From an uncultured Rhodobacteraceae bacterium (GTDB lineage Bacteria > Pseudomonadota > Alphaproteobacteria > Rhodobacterales > Rhodobacteraceae), in NCBI GenBank assembly GCA_965660085.1, contig CBFHYV010000001.1, positions 1 through 55,134 of the forward strand: DNA of 55,134 nucleotides, given 5' to 3'. Numbering within the stretch: position 1 is the first letter of the stretch; every line of letters starts with the position of its first letter. The notes under the pieces were generated by a model. It was not told the origin of the DNA. It worked only from the letters and a program-made list of their open reading frames with translations, and made no database searches. Shown one piece after another: positions 54,457-55,134 of the stretch. The translations under genes were made by a program, and so were the position numbers.

Positions 54457-55134
54457 TCAGCCCTCTGACAGGCTGATCTGGCGTGACCGCTGGATCGCGT
54501 CCCGCAGCAAGGCCCCTGCCCCGCGCACCGACATCTCTTCCCCCGGTTGCGGGTACAGCGCGAATGTCACCAAGTGGTCATTCAGGATGGTCAGCGCGCG
54601 CCAGTGTTCCACCGTGGCCAGCCCGTCTGCCGGGCCAAGCTGGGTAAACAGCGTCCGGCCCTCTGTCCAATAAAGGCGCAGCGGCAGCCCCAGCGTTTCG
54701 GAAATCGCCTCGGCGCCGGGCAATGTGGTGCTGGCCACGCGCGGCCCGACAGCCACGGTCATTACCAGCGGCCGCACGGCCACGCCTTCGGCGCCATCGG
54801 TCAGGATACGGCAGCTGGCGATGGTCGCCCGGCTGCCCCAGGACCTGTTGCGAACCGAGCTTCCGTCGATGCAATAGCCCGCAGGTGCGGCGATCTGCAC
54901 ATCACCGCCACCCAGCGTGACCGTGGGCTCGACCTCGCGGCGGGTGCCAGCGAACAGGCCCAGAAATCCACGGCCCGTCGGTGCATTTCGGGACGCCGTG
55001 GGGTCTGCCCCGGGCTGTGGCGTGCTGCTGTCCGGGGTGGTGGCCGCTGTGTCATTGGCGGCAAACAGCCGCGCCAGCCATCCGCGCTGGGCGGGGCGCG
55101 CCTCTGCCGTGTTGCTGGGGTTGGCTGGCGCCAC
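54457..55134 (-). CDS. Hypothetical protein, 5-prime end possibly outside the window
   Basis: The ORF is open to the window edge. The N-terminal ~60 aa are low-complexity (P/T/A-rich), followed by a globular region. Codon usage matches its neighbours. No family recognised. Confidence 0.5.
   Translation of the reverse strand: MAPANPSNTAEARPAQRGWLARLFAANDTAATTPDSSTPQPGADPTASRNAPTGRGFLGLFAGTRREVEPTVTLGGGDVQIAAPAGYCIDGSSVRNRSWGSRATIASCRILTDGAEGVAVRPLVMTVAVGPRVASTTLPGAEAISETLGLPLRLYWTEGRTLFTQLGPADGLATVEHWRALTILNDHLVTFALYPQPGEEMSVRGAGALLRDAIQRSRQISLSEG

Noticed and set aside
1-55134. Scan for mobile elements, prophage genes, toxin-antitoxin pairs, CRISPR-Cas or known defence-system genes
   Set aside because: No transposase, integrase, phage structural, Cas, restriction-modification or nuclease/helicase-type ORFs were recognised. 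No tRNA genes or flanking direct repeats suggesting an island were seen. The accessory-looking parts are the giant exoprotein/sensor locus and the creatinase locus only.

Overview
High-GC (about 60-65% by eye) chromosomal segment. Gene content and order point to an alphaproteobacterium, probably Rhodobacterales/Roseobacter-like (Rhodobacter-like cytochrome c2, hrcA-grpE next to rph-rdgB-hemW, and maf-aroE-coaE-dnaQ / secB / fxsA / Tim44-mltA-smr). All family calls come from motifs and recalled homologues; no search was run. Most of the window is housekeeping. It appears to contain the chromosomal replication origin. The origin-proximal set parB-parA-rsmG-mnmG-mnmE-rho-hemJ lies on the minus strand. 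A 420-bp GC-poor gap with DnaA boxes follows, then maf-aroE-coaE-dnaQ on the plus strand. Two perfect 16-bp parS palindromes sit inside rsmG and on the mnmG start. The left edge looks like an rRNA-operon leader (boxA-like element) pointing out of the window. Other content: msrPQ, an hsp20 gene, glcDEF, a three-gene cytoplasm-facing molybdopterin oxidoreductase that looks like SoeABC, creatinase, cytochrome c2, and a flagellar export-gate cluster (SLT-flhA-fliR-flhB). The most unusual locus is 8.2-20.7 kb. It holds a 2,714-aa signal-peptide-less protein with 16 tandem PPC-like modules, a leishmanolysin-like HEMGH metalloprotease domain and C-terminal RTX repeats, so it is a likely type I secretion substrate, but no secretion genes are nearby. 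Immediately upstream is a FixJ/NarL-type response regulator. Divergent from it is an operon encoding a cysteine-free periplasmic sulfite-oxidase-fold protein and a hybrid PAS-HK-REC-Hpt kinase. No mobile elements, CRISPR arrays, tRNAs or recognisable defence genes were seen. Many long ORFs in the six-frame track are GC-driven antisense shadows.
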